Below are positions 19,472 through 29,324 of a DNA stretch of 64,000 nt, piece by piece. This stretch comes from an uncultured virus (IMG/VR IMGVR_UViG_3300037067_013436) (Duplodnaviria; Heunggongvirae; Uroviricota; Caudoviricetes). Where the stretch lies: the IMG/VR virus record IMGVR_UViG_3300037067_013436. One strand, written 5' to 3'. Within the stretch, counting starts at the first letter, position 1; each line of letters starts with the position of its first letter. Under the pieces are notes generated by a model. The model was not told the origin of the DNA. It made no database searches and saw nothing but the letters and a program-made list of their open reading frames with translations. Position numbers and translations under genes: made by a program.

Positions 19472-20099
19472 TAGGCTTCGGTTTCCGGCACCGCTCATTG
19501 ATTTTGCCGCCGAAGTTGGTCTAACTGGGCAGGATCATGAGAGATTTCCCTATCCCGACGCGCAACCGCGATGGGATTGGATGTTGATGTGGTATATCAG
19601 CCTCCTGGCGAATCAAGCGTCTTATCAAGAACCGACACAATATCGCGATGGGACGTTGTGGTTCGACTTGAACACTCTGACTCTGAAGATCTGGCGTAGC
19701 AGCCTAGAGAACATAACTGGCTCGTGGATGAGCTTAGGTAGCGTTATTGATCTTGAAACTATATCGGGCGTACCAGTCAAGCTGAGCGACTGGTATATCT
19801 CTACGAACAATAAGCTCTCTGGCGGTTCGCCGCAAATCACTTTCAGTGGTAGCGTAACATCTGCCACAGCGACAGAAATTCCGGTACCAGTGACTCTGCA
19901 AGGCAACATTGACACATTTAAGACCAGGCCGTTTGTCTATATCAACGGTATATTGGTGGATCCACGAAAAGCTGAGTACTACACCGCGACGACCATTAAG
20001 CTAGTGAATCCGATTCAACTCGTTAAGGACGACAGATTCACTATCGTCATTATGAACATATTACCAGCCAACTTCTCAATCCCGGATGTAGTGATTTAA
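19449..20099 (+). CDS. Hypothetical, probable virion protein
   Basis: 216-aa ORF in an operon; beta-rich C-terminal domain (VYINGILV). Confidence 0.6.
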   Translation: MPPSIPDNRLRFPAPLIDFAAEVGLTGQDHERFPYPDAQPRWDWMLMWYISLLANQASYQEPTQYRDGTLWFDLNTLTLKIWRSSLENITGSWMSLGSVIDLETISGVPVKLSDWYISTNNKLSGGSPQITFSGSVTSATATEIPVPVTLQGNIDTFKTRPFVYINGILVDPRKAEYYTATTIKLVNPIQLVKDDRFTIVIMNILPANFSIPDVVI

Positions 20100-20725
20100 T
20101 GATTACCATACTATTAGCAATCGATGGCATCGCGTTTTTAGCCATATTGGCAGTTCTCAGCATCATCTTTATCGTCTTGTCTGCCGTTGATGAGCCAAGC
20201 CCGCAAGGCTCCAGTATTGTTTTGCTCGTTGTATTGGTTCTAGCTGCGCTTTTCACGGAAGCCGGTCCTGCTGCATGGGCACAGCCATGGGCCGCAGCGC
20301 TGTACGCTGGCGGCTATTTTCTTGCCGGTTGTATCTATTCAATTTTCATCCGCTGGCCATTGTATCTTTATGGCTTGCGTAAGCGAGTGAAGACGGCAAG
20401 AGAAGAAATATCTGCCAAATACAGTTTGGCTCTCGCTGATTTTGTAAAGAACAAGGATGCGTTCAAGAATTGGATGTCAAGCGTCTATGAGATCGGTCGA
20501 TACAATGGTATGCGGGTTAACGATGATGGCGTCCTTACTCCGCCGCAGTACCACGACAATAAAGCACGACTACTAACGTGGGCGATACTTTGGCCGTGGA
20601 ACGTTTTGTGGGTTTGCGTCCGCAAGCCCATCATCTGGATTTTCGAGGAACTGCTCAACCTGCAAATCCTGAAGCGCATTTCGCAGGCAATGTCGAACTG
20701 GATGTTCAAGGATTTCAACAAGTAA
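20099..20725 (+). CDS. Hypothetical multi-pass membrane protein
   Basis: Three to four hydrophobic segments; TAATG coupling at both ends. Confidence 0.7.
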   Translation: MITILLAIDGIAFLAILAVLSIIFIVLSAVDEPSPQGSSIVLLVVLVLAALFTEAGPAAWAQPWAAALYAGGYFLAGCIYSIFIRWPLYLYGLRKRVKTAREEISAKYSLALADFVKNKDAFKNWMSSVYEIGRYNGMRVNDDGVLTPPQYHDNKARLLTWAILWPWNVLWVCVRKPIIWIFEELLNLQILKRISQAMSNWMFKDFNK

Positions 20726-21819
20726 TGGACGATTTGCCAAAGCGCGTCCTGTACCTAGACGATGAAAGATCTGATATGGAAAACGTCATAAATCTTAATG
20801 AATCATTTGGCAACATTTATGCCGGTAAGATCGAGATAATCGTCAAGGACAGGCATGGGCGAGTGCTTGAGCATATGTGCGATCACAACATCGTCAAGAT
20901 CGGGGCCAAAGAGATACTGGCGCACCGTTTGCCTTACGAGAAGATCTGGGACCCGAATGCAAGCAGCGGAGCCGGTGCTTGGGTAGCTAGCGGACTCAAT
21001 GCTGCTGATTACGCACCGAAGTATATTATTTTTGGTGCTTCGTTCGATCCTGTTACTCTCGCTGCGCTCGACACGATGGACCCGCGATATTATACAACAG
21101 ACCCGATTACGGGTCTGACGGTGCCGATCACTCTCGGTGTTGGTGCTGAATATGAGGGTGGCCTCATCAACGCCATTCCACTTTCCGACCCAGGAAGGCC
21201 ATTGAAGAGGGTCGAACAGATTTATTACCAGGCGACATATCAGCCTGCTGGAACGCCGTTAATGCAAGATGATGTTCGTGCGATGAACAACATTGTCGTA
21301 TTCGAGACAACTCTTACTAAGGATGAGTACAACGGATTCGGTCTGACCGATACCGACTATTTCACCATAACCGAAGTTGCATTGGCTGGCGGTAAAGAGC
21401 TAGGTAATGACGATGTGGGCCAGTGCGAATGCGACCCGAAAACTCTATTCTTACAGGGTAAACCTGATGGGACACCTATAACTGTTAATGCTAGCGGCAC
21501 CTCGACAGTTTCTATTGCCGTTCAAGATTTACCGTATTCCGATGTCGTTAATGTTGGCGACCAGATCAAGTTGGTTGCAGCTAATGGCTCGGTGCTATCG
21601 CAAATCAACGACCACTATTTGGTGACATCCAAATTGATCGGTGGCAGTGATATTGGGTTAGACCGAACACCAGTTGATCAAAACGGTGACCCAATTATCG
21701 GCACAATAGGGATGTTTAGAGACTCGCTACGAATCTTCTCTCATCGCATCCTAAAGACGCCATTCAAGAAGTCCACAGATTTCATGATCGTCGTGCGTTG
21801 GTCGATCATAATGAACTGA
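20725..21819 (+). CDS. Putative tail-collar/baseplate-associated structural protein
   Basis: HNIVKIGAKEILA...ITEVAL...PFKKSTDFMIVVRWSI pattern is typical of phage baseplate/collar proteins. Start 20725 (TAATG) or 20776. Confidence 0.55.
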   Translation: MDDLPKRVLYLDDERSDMENVINLNESFGNIYAGKIEIIVKDRHGRVLEHMCDHNIVKIGAKEILAHRLPYEKIWDPNASSGAGAWVASGLNAADYAPKYIIFGASFDPVTLAALDTMDPRYYTTDPITGLTVPITLGVGAEYEGGLINAIPLSDPGRPLKRVEQIYYQATYQPAGTPLMQDDVRAMNNIVVFETTLTKDEYNGFGLTDTDYFTITEVALAGGKELGNDDVGQCECDPKTLFLQGKPDGTPITVNASGTSTVSIAVQDLPYSDVVNVGDQIKLVAANGSVLSQINDHYLVTSKLIGGSDIGLDRTPVDQNGDPIIGTIGMFRDSLRIFSHRILKTPFKKSTDFMIVVRWSIIMN

Positions 21820-21941
21820 TCGACAAAAGTGATCTTGCAAGCGGAGGCATGTTGTGTTTTAATATGCATTACAAGATCCGCCACTGGCTGCATCGACGAC
21901 TTTCGTCGGTCTGGCTGCTCTTTCATTCATGGAGGGACCTG

Positions 21942-22457
21942 ATGAAGAAGGAGATGCAACGAGAGCCTGCTCAAAGTAATTGCAAAACCTATAAAAATCT
22001 CATCCAATCAATTCCTGCTAGCATCCGCTTTGTTTCCGGTCGCGATTTCCGACAAATTACAACAATAGAACGCGACAGCTTCAAATATCCCTGGACTACT
22101 AAAGATCTTCATTCTAAGCTGTGCGAAGATCACGTCGTTTGCTACGTCGTCGAGCATAATGGATTTATTGTGGCGTATGCCATAATTCAATATTACAAAG
22201 ACCACATTGAATTATGTAATCTGGCTGTCGATAGTCATTATCGCCGACGCAAAATAGCTTCTCTCATTATCAATATGCTCAAGATCAAGGCGTATCTTGA
22301 GGCTAAGGAATATATCTCGGCGTACGTAAGCGAATATAATCTAGAGGCCCAGCTATTCCTCGGTAATAAAGATAATGGATTTGTCGCCAAGGAGGTGTTA
22401 CGAGATTTTTATTCTGATGGGCATAGCGCATATTATATGGAATTTAGCCTTGTTTAG
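21942..22457 (+). CDS. GNAT N-acetyltransferase, RimI-like
   Basis: IERDSFKYPW, NLAVDSHYRRRKIA, VSEYNLEAQLF, FYSDGHSAYYM; GGAGGG RBS before ATG 21942. Confidence 0.85.
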   Translation: MKKEMQREPAQSNCKTYKNLIQSIPASIRFVSGRDFRQITTIERDSFKYPWTTKDLHSKLCEDHVVCYVVEHNGFIVAYAIIQYYKDHIELCNLAVDSHYRRRKIASLIINMLKIKAYLEAKEYISAYVSEYNLEAQLFLGNKDNGFVAKEVLRDFYSDGHSAYYMEFSLV

Positions 22458-22509
22458 ACAAATATAAAATTGTCCGGTGAGTGTCCATTTAACATAAGGA
22501 ATCTGACCT

Positions 22510-22725
22510 ATGCCAGCCGTTAGCAAAGCGCAGCAAAATTTCATGGGTATGGTCCACAAGCATAAGGAAGAGGGCGGAAAGGCATCGCCAGCAGTCAAGA
22601 AAGCCGCCAAGAGCATGACGGACAAAGCGGCCAAGGACTTTGCTTCGACGAAAACGAAGGGCCTTCCGAAGCACGTCAAGAAAGAGTCCTTTGACCAGAA
22701 GCTGACAACCGCCCTATTTAGCTAA
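22510..22725 (+). CDS. DUF3008-like small basic protein
   Basis: MPAVSKAQQNFMGMVH...KDFASTKTKGLP motif; AAGGA RBS. Confidence 0.7.
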   Translation: MPAVSKAQQNFMGMVHKHKEEGGKASPAVKKAAKSMTDKAAKDFASTKTKGLPKHVKKESFDQKLTTALFS

Positions 22726-22727
22726 TC

Positions 22728-23348
22728 ATGGCGGAAGATTATTGTCAGATAGTACGTGACGAATTTCAATTGCTTGACAAGCGTAATCCGGACCAGTTGA
22801 GCAATTTCTTTATCCGCTATAGATTCTTCAGCACAGACGACCTTGCGCAGGTTTTGTCTGTAAGTGGCAGATATATCAGAAAGATGAAGAATAGAACTGA
22901 TATTAAGCGTACTACCTATAAACGTCAGATTACCAAGACTATCAAGACACTACCTGATATTAAGCTAGAACCCGGTTGGGATTGTGCTGAATGGTGGCGG
23001 CATTATTATCGGATATATGGCGTTCGGATGCTATCAAAAATCACTCACTTTAGCATACCGACCGTATGGCGGAAGTTGCATAAGCATAACATCCCTATAC
23101 ATCCAAAAGGAAAAAGGCTTTCTGCTAATCCGTGTTGTAATTATGAATGGCTGAATGAGCATTATGTCGAAAAGCATTGGACCATTCCGAATTGTGCAAA
23201 AGCCGCTGGTGTATCAAACGACAGCATCACGACTTGGCTAAATCGCTTCAAAATCCAGGTAAGAACGAGAAATGCACCGAAGGTGGGCTTACCCTGGGAT
23301 AGTACCGCTGTGGGTGAAACTCCTTGCGTCACAGTTGGATCAGAGTGA
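22728..23348 (+). CDS. Putative DNA-binding protein with multiple helix-turn-helix-like segments
   Basis: STDDLAQVLSVSGRYI; WLNEHYVEKHWTIPNCAKAAGVSNDSITTWL. Confidence 0.55.
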   Translation: MAEDYCQIVRDEFQLLDKRNPDQLSNFFIRYRFFSTDDLAQVLSVSGRYIRKMKNRTDIKRTTYKRQITKTIKTLPDIKLEPGWDCAEWWRHYYRIYGVRMLSKITHFSIPTVWRKLHKHNIPIHPKGKRLSANPCCNYEWLNEHYVEKHWTIPNCAKAAGVSNDSITTWLNRFKIQVRTRNAPKVGLPWDSTAVGETPCVTVGSE

Positions 23349-24363
23349 CATAGTTAAGATTGTATATGTAGAACAAACTCTTGTTCAAGCTGTCTACAAG
23401 ACAGGTATACGCGAGACCTATAATTTCAAGATAAAGAGACGTAAGAAAAAGAGACCAGACAATCATTACAACGTCTCACCAAGGTCAGCGGCGATACGGC
23501 ATGAGATTCCAATATTTAAGGAATTCCGCCATGATCCGTTAGATGATTCACCCACTTATCATTGGTGTATCAACCGCAATCACTTCAATGAATCGACGCT
23601 GTTGGAACGACGCATAGCGTTCCACCATTTGCTGCGTGAGATACTAAATACGAAGCCTGACCCAGACTGGTATCCTGATGAGATTCTAGAAGAAGATTGG
23701 AAACGCATCTTAGAATATCCGTCTGAGAAGTATATGCGAAACGGTGCGTTGACGTGTTTTCCATACGGCAGATCCCCGCACTTCCATTTCAGAATACTTG
23801 AACATTTCTTCAATCCTGGCGGGAATCATCTTAGCCGTACGCTATGTTTGGCATTAAGGCTCGTCTGCCGCAGGAAGAAATTACATATAAATTCATCAAA
23901 TGTTCGGAAGGTCGCTAGATGGTATAGCAGACGAAGAATAATAAGTCCTCTTCTATATTGTGCCTTATTTAAGGCGCTGAAAATCACTGGGCCTGTCGGC
24001 GACTTGCATCCCGGTCACGGTGCAAAAGCTCTTGCTTGTGCTATAATGGGGTTGCCATATTATACGGTGAGAGATGAGCGATTCCAGAAAGCACTTGATT
24101 TAGGGTTATCTAGTTTAACACGAGCTGATTTCGGTTGGCTAGAAGGCCAACAGGTTGATCTTCTTATATCTGACGACAATTTCAACAGTTTTCAGATGCC
24201 GACAGGCGACATATTAAACCAAGCTCGTAAGATGCTTTGTTATGTCCCGAAGGATGAGAGACGAGCATTAGTAGAGCAGTATAATCCTAGCACCACTTTA
24301 CAACTATTCAACGATTCACAAGATAAGATGCTTCGAAATCCTAATTATCTGTTCTTGTGGTAG
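23272..24363 (+). CDS. Hypothetical protein with degenerate class I SAM-methyltransferase-like C-terminus
   Basis: VGDLHPGHGAKALAC resembles motif I (D-x-x-x-G-x-G); VDLLIS follows, with no NPPY/SPPY-type motif. Confidence 0.45.
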   Translation: MHRRWAYPGIVPLWVKLLASQLDQSDIVKIVYVEQTLVQAVYKTGIRETYNFKIKRRKKKRPDNHYNVSPRSAAIRHEIPIFKEFRHDPLDDSPTYHWCINRNHFNESTLLERRIAFHHLLREILNTKPDPDWYPDEILEEDWKRILEYPSEKYMRNGALTCFPYGRSPHFHFRILEHFFNPGGNHLSRTLCLALRLVCRRKKLHINSSNVRKVARWYSRRRIISPLLYCALFKALKITGPVGDLHPGHGAKALACAIMGLPYYTVRDERFQKALDLGLSSLTRADFGWLEGQQVDLLISDDNFNSFQMPTGDILNQARKMLCYVPKDERRALVEQYNPSTTLQLFNDSQDKMLRNPNYLFLW

Positions 24364-24371
24364 GTACCAGT

Positions 24372-24644
24372 ATGAAGATATTAACTCTACACATGACTTA
24401 TTTCAGGCTTCCAGACGATTTTTCTGGTAGTATATCAGATGCACTCAGAGCCATGGCGGACTACCGCGATAGTGTAGCTAGCACTTCGAAGCACAAACCA
24501 ATGTTACCGCTACATACTCCATTATCTGAAGCGTTTGGTCTGATGTTTGATGAATTCATCGATGAGACACAGAATGGCAAGCGATTGGTTGGCATGATCC
24601 AACTCAATGACTTCGATCCGAAGGTGAAAGTTGCAGACCTGTAA
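24372..24644 (+). CDS. Hypothetical protein
   Basis: ATG 24372 follows directly after the previous stop. Confidence 0.55.
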   Translation: MKILTLHMTYFRLPDDFSGSISDALRAMADYRDSVASTSKHKPMLPLHTPLSEAFGLMFDEFIDETQNGKRLVGMIQLNDFDPKVKVADL

Positions 24645-24722
24645 TTCTACAAAAATACTTTATACAGTCGCCCCGGCTGGTGAGGCCGTTTGAATGTATA
24701 ATTATCGCAAGAGTGAGTCACT

Positions 24723-27700
24723 ATGATACCAGCCACAGGATCAATATTTTTCCGAGATGACTATGGCACGTTGTATTGGACTGAGTGGGAGACACTAAAT
24801 GTAGACGGCATCAACATAGTGGATTATACCACTATTACGAAGATGCCGTACGTTTGGGGCGATATGCGAACCTACGATATTAGGTTCGTCGTCAACAATT
24901 CTTCGGCCACCGTTCGTGTGCAGGCTCCGAATGCTGATGCAGCCGAACAGATCATCTATGCCAGATATTATTGTTTCCAGGTCGTAATAATGTCGGTCAC
25001 TGAAGTCGATATGGGAATCGACTACGGTAGGATCGATATGGACACGAAAAATGTCTATCGACGCGGTATCTGTACGGTAGAACGGCAAATTATCGAACCA
25101 AGTGCACTTGGATATATCGGATACATAATCGCTGAGAACAATTCGCAATCTAAGTGCTATTTCAAGACAAGTTTTAATTGCAGTATCGCGCCGACAGATC
25201 GGTTCAGATATCACATGGACAACGCTGTATCTGGCAATGAATCTTCGCCAGTCTTAGTTGGTCCGAGATTTACATGTCCAGGTGATTCCGATTTTGCATG
25301 CGTTTTCCAATGGGTGCTGCCTGATGGTAGCCTGCGGCCAGTTTGTGATAAAGAATCATTCTGGTTTGTTGATGTGTGGGGTCCAGACACTCTAATTTTA
25401 TTGTCGCCAGCACCGTGCTTATCGCCATCGCTTTCACCATCGATGTCGCCCTCGCTTAGTCCGTCGCTATCGCTATCACCATCTGCTAGCTTGTCGTTAT
25501 CGTTGAGTCCGTCATTGTCGAGATCTTTAAGCCCATCGGTTTCGAGGTCTCCAAGTCCATCACTCTCGCTGTCACCATCAACTTCTAGATCACCGTCGTT
25601 ATCAATTTCGCCATCTCTATCAGTATCGCTTTCGCCATCAACCTCTAGATCGTTATCACCTTCAGCGTCAGTATCCGCATGGCGGTCCTTCTCAGTGTCG
25701 CCATCAATGCTGTCGCCGTCGCTTTCGCCGTCGCCTTCACTCAGTAGGTCACCATCTGTAAGTTTGTCACCTTCAACCTCGTTATCTGTTTCGCCCTCGC
25801 CATCGGTATCACCATCGATCAGCTTATCGCCATCAGCTTCTAAGTCGTTGTCGCCTTCGATATCCATATCTCCATCAACAAGTATATCATTTTCACCATC
25901 AACTTCATTATCGCCATCTACTAGTATATCGCAGTCACCCAGTACGTCGTTTTCACCATCTCCGTCGTTATCACCGTCTAGAAGTGTTTCACCGTCGCCA
26001 TCTACATCGACATCACCGGAGCCGTCCCCAGATCCAACATCGCATGACTATGAAGACCCGCGTGTCGCATCTTCAAATGATGGAAGATTTGCAATCACTT
26101 GGATGGATATGACAAGCTCGTCAAATCCGATAGTTATGGCACAAGCTTTTAGTGCTGCCGGAACGCCAGTCTCAGTGCAGTTTGTTGTCCCGAGTTATGG
26201 TAATCCATTAAGTAAGAATCCTGCTATTGTTATGGCCGATGACGGCTCATTCTTTGTAGTAGTTTGGGTCGGTCCTGATAACGACTTCACGGGATGGAAT
26301 GTTTGCGGTCGCATGTATACTGCTAATGGTATTCCGATGGGCGACCAGTTCCGTATTAGTGCTTTAGCGGATGCCGCGTGTTATACGCCATCTGTTGGTA
26401 TTCGGCGTTATACTAGAGACTTTGTTGTTGTATGGTCCGAATACTACAACATCAGCACAAATAACCCAGGTGTGCGCGTTTACGGGCAGCGTTTTAATTC
26501 TAGTGCCACAAAACAAGGTGGACAGTTCCAAATCTCACCGAACACCGGTGCCGACAGCAGCTATGGTTGGTTCCATAAATACCATCCAGATGTCGATGTT
26601 GCCGATAATGGCGATTTTGTCGTTGTTTGGGATGACGATTGGCGATCTGGCCAGAGCACGTTCTTGATTTATGGTATTCGCTTCAACGCTTCTGGTAGTC
26701 AGCTTGGGAATGAGTTCCAAATCTGCCAAAATCCGTCTATGATGGACAGCGATGACTATATGATGCCGAGAGTGTCGGTTGCTGCTGATGGAAGGTTTGT
26801 AGTCGCATGGCATAAATATCAGGACGCTAGTGGATTCGGTGTTTATGCTCGATGTTTTAATGCTGGTGGTGGTGCAACGACAAATGAATTCATAGTAAAC
26901 CAACATCAAACAAGCTATCAGTATTATCCGGATGTTGGATGCGATAGAGCTGGTAACTTTACAATCGCATGGCATAGCTACAATAATCCCGATGATCCCA
27001 TTACGACAGATTATGGTATTATTGCACGTCAGTTTAATGCTGCTGGCGGTGCGACGACAGATGAATATTGTGTTAACAACCCATATCTATCACATCGCGG
27101 CATTGGACATCAATATAACCCTGCTGTCGACCGCAAGTGCGGTAGTGGCCGATGGGTCACAGCTTGGTGGGGCTATCGAGGTGGAGCACCCTCTGGTGGC
27201 ATATTAGGAATATGGCATGCGGAGAATGCAGGCAACCCATTACCAGCAGTCACATGGGCATTGTCGGCTCCTACCTCAGGCACATACGGACAGGGTACAT
27301 TAATCACTGGCGATTGGACTGGTAAGCACTGGAAGTCTGCTGGTTTTTATGAACCTACTACGTCCAGCTTCTTTTTAAGAAATTCGAATACATCAGGTAG
27401 AGCCGATATAGGTCTCAGTTATGGTCCTGGCAATTGGAAACCGATAGCTGGCGATTGGACGAATAAGGGCTATGATAGCATCGGCTTGTATAATCCTGCA
27501 AATGCTACGTTTTATCTAAGAAATTCGAACACAAGCGGTGTTGCTGATACTTCGTTCGGATATGGTGGTGCTGGAAATAACTGGACGCCGATAGCTGGTG
27601 ATTGGACAAATAAAGGTTACGACAGCATCGGCTTGTATAATCCTGCAACTTCAACTTGGTATCTGCGAAATTCGAACACGGGCGGCGTAGCCGATATCAC

Positions 27701-28274
27701 GTTCATTTTTGGTACACCTAATGTTGGCTGGCTACCGATCATAGGAGATTGGAACGGCGATGGTGTCGATACAGTCGGCTTATACGATCCAGCGACATCA
27801 ACGTTTCACTTGCGGAATTCGAATTCTGCTGGTGGTGACGACATAACGTTTGTGTTCGGTACGCCGAGTTCTTGGAAGCCTGTTGCTGGTGACTGGAATG
27901 AGAAGGGCTACGATAGCGTCGGCTTATATGATTATTCTACTGCGACATTCCACTTACGGAATTCAAACTCCGCTGGTAGCGACGACATAAGTTATCTTTA
28001 CAGATGTGCAATACGAATTGCCTGGGACGGGTACGGCATGCAGAATGGTTATACTGTATGCTTGGGAGTTGCACCGGGCACAGACTTCACCAATGTCAGA
28101 TGGGTTTCAATTGGTGCTATCCCTGCAATTAATGGTGGAGATATGTGGTATTGGGATAGGTGTGATACTAATGGTACGCCTATCCCGGCGGGGACCTGGT
28201 ATGTTTGTGGATATGTATGGGACGGGGCCAACCCGCATTATAACCACGCTAGCACGTCGTTCGTTATCAGCTAA
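24723..28274 (+). CDS. Large adhesin-like protein: N-terminal domain, ~210-aa Ser/Pro stalk, beta-propeller repeats, FG-GAP/VCBS-like repeats
   Basis: (SPSxS)n tract ~25400-26040; FVVVW...RFN..G...G.EFQ repeats; five PIAGDWxxxGxDSxGLY..xSTFxLRNSN repeats. Confidence 0.75.
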   Translation: MIPATGSIFFRDDYGTLYWTEWETLNVDGINIVDYTTITKMPYVWGDMRTYDIRFVVNNSSATVRVQAPNADAAEQIIYARYYCFQVVIMSVTEVDMGIDYGRIDMDTKNVYRRGICTVERQIIEPSALGYIGYIIAENNSQSKCYFKTSFNCSIAPTDRFRYHMDNAVSGNESSPVLVGPRFTCPGDSDFACVFQWVLPDGSLRPVCDKESFWFVDVWGPDTLILLSPAPCLSPSLSPSMSPSLSPSLSLSPSASLSLSLSPSLSRSLSPSVSRSPSPSLSLSPSTSRSPSLSISPSLSVSLSPSTSRSLSPSASVSAWRSFSVSPSMLSPSLSPSPSLSRSPSVSLSPSTSLSVSPSPSVSPSISLSPSASKSLSPSISISPSTSISFSPSTSLSPSTSISQSPSTSFSPSPSLSPSRSVSPSPSTSTSPEPSPDPTSHDYEDPRVASSNDGRFAITWMDMTSSSNPIVMAQAFSAAGTPVSVQFVVPSYGNPLSKNPAIVMADDGSFFVVVWVGPDNDFTGWNVCGRMYTANGIPMGDQFRISALADAACYTPSVGIRRYTRDFVVVWSEYYNISTNNPGVRVYGQRFNSSATKQGGQFQISPNTGADSSYGWFHKYHPDVDVADNGDFVVVWDDDWRSGQSTFLIYGIRFNASGSQLGNEFQICQNPSMMDSDDYMMPRVSVAADGRFVVAWHKYQDASGFGVYARCFNAGGGATTNEFIVNQHQTSYQYYPDVGCDRAGNFTIAWHSYNNPDDPITTDYGIIARQFNAAGGATTDEYCVNNPYLSHRGIGHQYNPAVDRKCGSGRWVTAWWGYRGGAPSGGILGIWHAENAGNPLPAVTWALSAPTSGTYGQGTLITGDWTGKHWKSAGFYEPTTSSFFLRNSNTSGRADIGLSYGPGNWKPIAGDWTNKGYDSIGLYNPANATFYLRNSNTSGVADTSFGYGGAGNNWTPIAGDWTNKGYDSIGLYNPATSTWYLRNSNTGGVADITFIFGTPNVGWLPIIGDWNGDGVDTVGLYDPATSTFHLRNSNSAGGDDITFVFGTPSSWKPVAGDWNEKGYDSVGLYDYSTATFHLRNSNSAGSDDISYLYRCAIRIAWDGYGMQNGYTVCLGVAPGTDFTNVRWVSIGAIPAINGGDMWYWDRCDTNGTPIPAGTWYVCGYVWDGANPHYNHASTSFVIS

Positions 28275-28615
28275 AGTACTCGCACTCCGCGATGTAGAAT
28301 CATCACAAAGGTGGCTGGCTTATCGACAGCTATCGGTTTTTGCCACTCTTGAACTGTGATGTTCGCTTTCGGGTTGATATTAACCTGAAATCTGAAGGCT
28401 TCCTTCATCTGCTCGACGGTGCCTCTCTTGACTTCTTCACCATTGATGAGTAGCCGCGCTCGTTGTGATTCATCGGGATTCACATAATGGGCTTTCGCTA
28501 AGAACTCATTAGCCGTTAGAGCGTCGGCCAAGACTTTCTCTACTAGCTTACCTTCGCTCTCCGAAGCGATTGGAATGACGAGGTTTATCGGGAACTGAGG
28601 AATTACTGTTGCGAT
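28271..28615 (-). CDS. Hypothetical protein, probably starting at non-canonical ATC 28615
   Basis: The frame is open upstream of the track's TTG start. GAGGTG RBS lies 5 nt before ATC GCA ACA GTA. Confidence 0.55.
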   Translation of the reverse strand: MATVIPQFPINLVIPIASESEGKLVEKVLADALTANEFLAKAHYVNPDESQRARLLINGEEVKRGTVEQMKEAFRFQVNINPKANITVQEWQKPIAVDKPATFVMILHRGVRVL

Positions 28616-28746
28616 GATGTCACCTCGTTTGTGTTGTGCGATTACATTTTTAGATACGACTACTACAGGCTAGGAATAAAATACGCATCTACGTATTTTA
28701 AAAGGTTCACGTAGAATATAACCATCTCCCTAATTGGAGTTCAAAC

Positions 28747-29148
28747 ATGGACAAATGCAAGTGCAGCTGTGCTGTTCCGCCAGCGGTGAAGGATGAAGAG
28801 CAGAAGATTGAAGTGCCGCAGGTTTCTCCGGAGGTGCTGGCTCGGTCGAAGGAAGTCGACGACATGAGCACGCCGATCAGAACCATTATGTATGTCGAAG
28901 TCGGCAATCTCCCGCCAAACGAAGTCCGTGATATCGTTGCTTCTTTGACGGCGACTCTCCACCCCGGCCATCCACACTTCGTCGTGCCGCTTCGCAACGG
29001 CAAGATGAACACAGACCTCGACTTCGAGGCTGAAGTCCTAGAGTTTGTCAACGCGATCTGCGAAATCACCGATGATGGTGGCAGCGGTGCGAAGATCGTA
29101 TTGAAGGACGGCTGCCACAACGTTGATGTGATCAGAGTCAGGATCTGA
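28747..29148 (+). CDS. Hypothetical protein with portal-like YVEVGNLPP motif
   Basis: GGAG RBS; 133-aa ORF. Confidence 0.65.
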   Translation: MDKCKCSCAVPPAVKDEEQKIEVPQVSPEVLARSKEVDDMSTPIRTIMYVEVGNLPPNEVRDIVASLTATLHPGHPHFVVPLRNGKMNTDLDFEAEVLEFVNAICEITDDGGSGAKIVLKDGCHNVDVIRVRI

Positions 29149-29150
29149 CG

Positions 29151-29324
29151 ATGATCGAGGCGTCGGTATCGATTGAAGACCTGAAAAGCCTTAAATCGAT
29201 ACATAATATCGATGCCGCGAAGGTCTTAGCTAGTACGATAGTCGACGAGATAGCTTGCGCATTAAAAGAGCCGGGTCAGCAATCCACTAACCCGGCTCTG
29301 TTTATCTTGTACTTGCGCGACTAG
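29151..29324 (+). CDS. Possible 57-aa peptide
   Basis: ATG 2 nt after the previous stop: MIEASVSIEDLKSLKSIHNIDAAKVLASTIVDEIAC...; runs through a terminator hairpin. Confidence 0.3.
   Translation: MIEASVSIEDLKSLKSIHNIDAAKVLASTIVDEIACALKEPGQQSTNPALFILYLRD
29267..29299. terminator. Bidirectional intrinsic terminator-like hairpin between convergent genes
   Basis: AGAGCCGGGT / ACCCGGCTCT 10-bp stem, flanked by an A run (left) and a T-rich run (right). Confidence 0.65.

Noticed and set aside
20578..20724. 5' extension of the 413-aa ORF given in the track
   Set aside because: Overlaps the membrane-protein gene; TAATG coupling at 20725 is the more plausible start.
25211..25867. Asp/Gly-rich antisense ORF (and similar 30707..31105)
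   Set aside because: Reverse-complement shadow of the Ser/Pro tracts.
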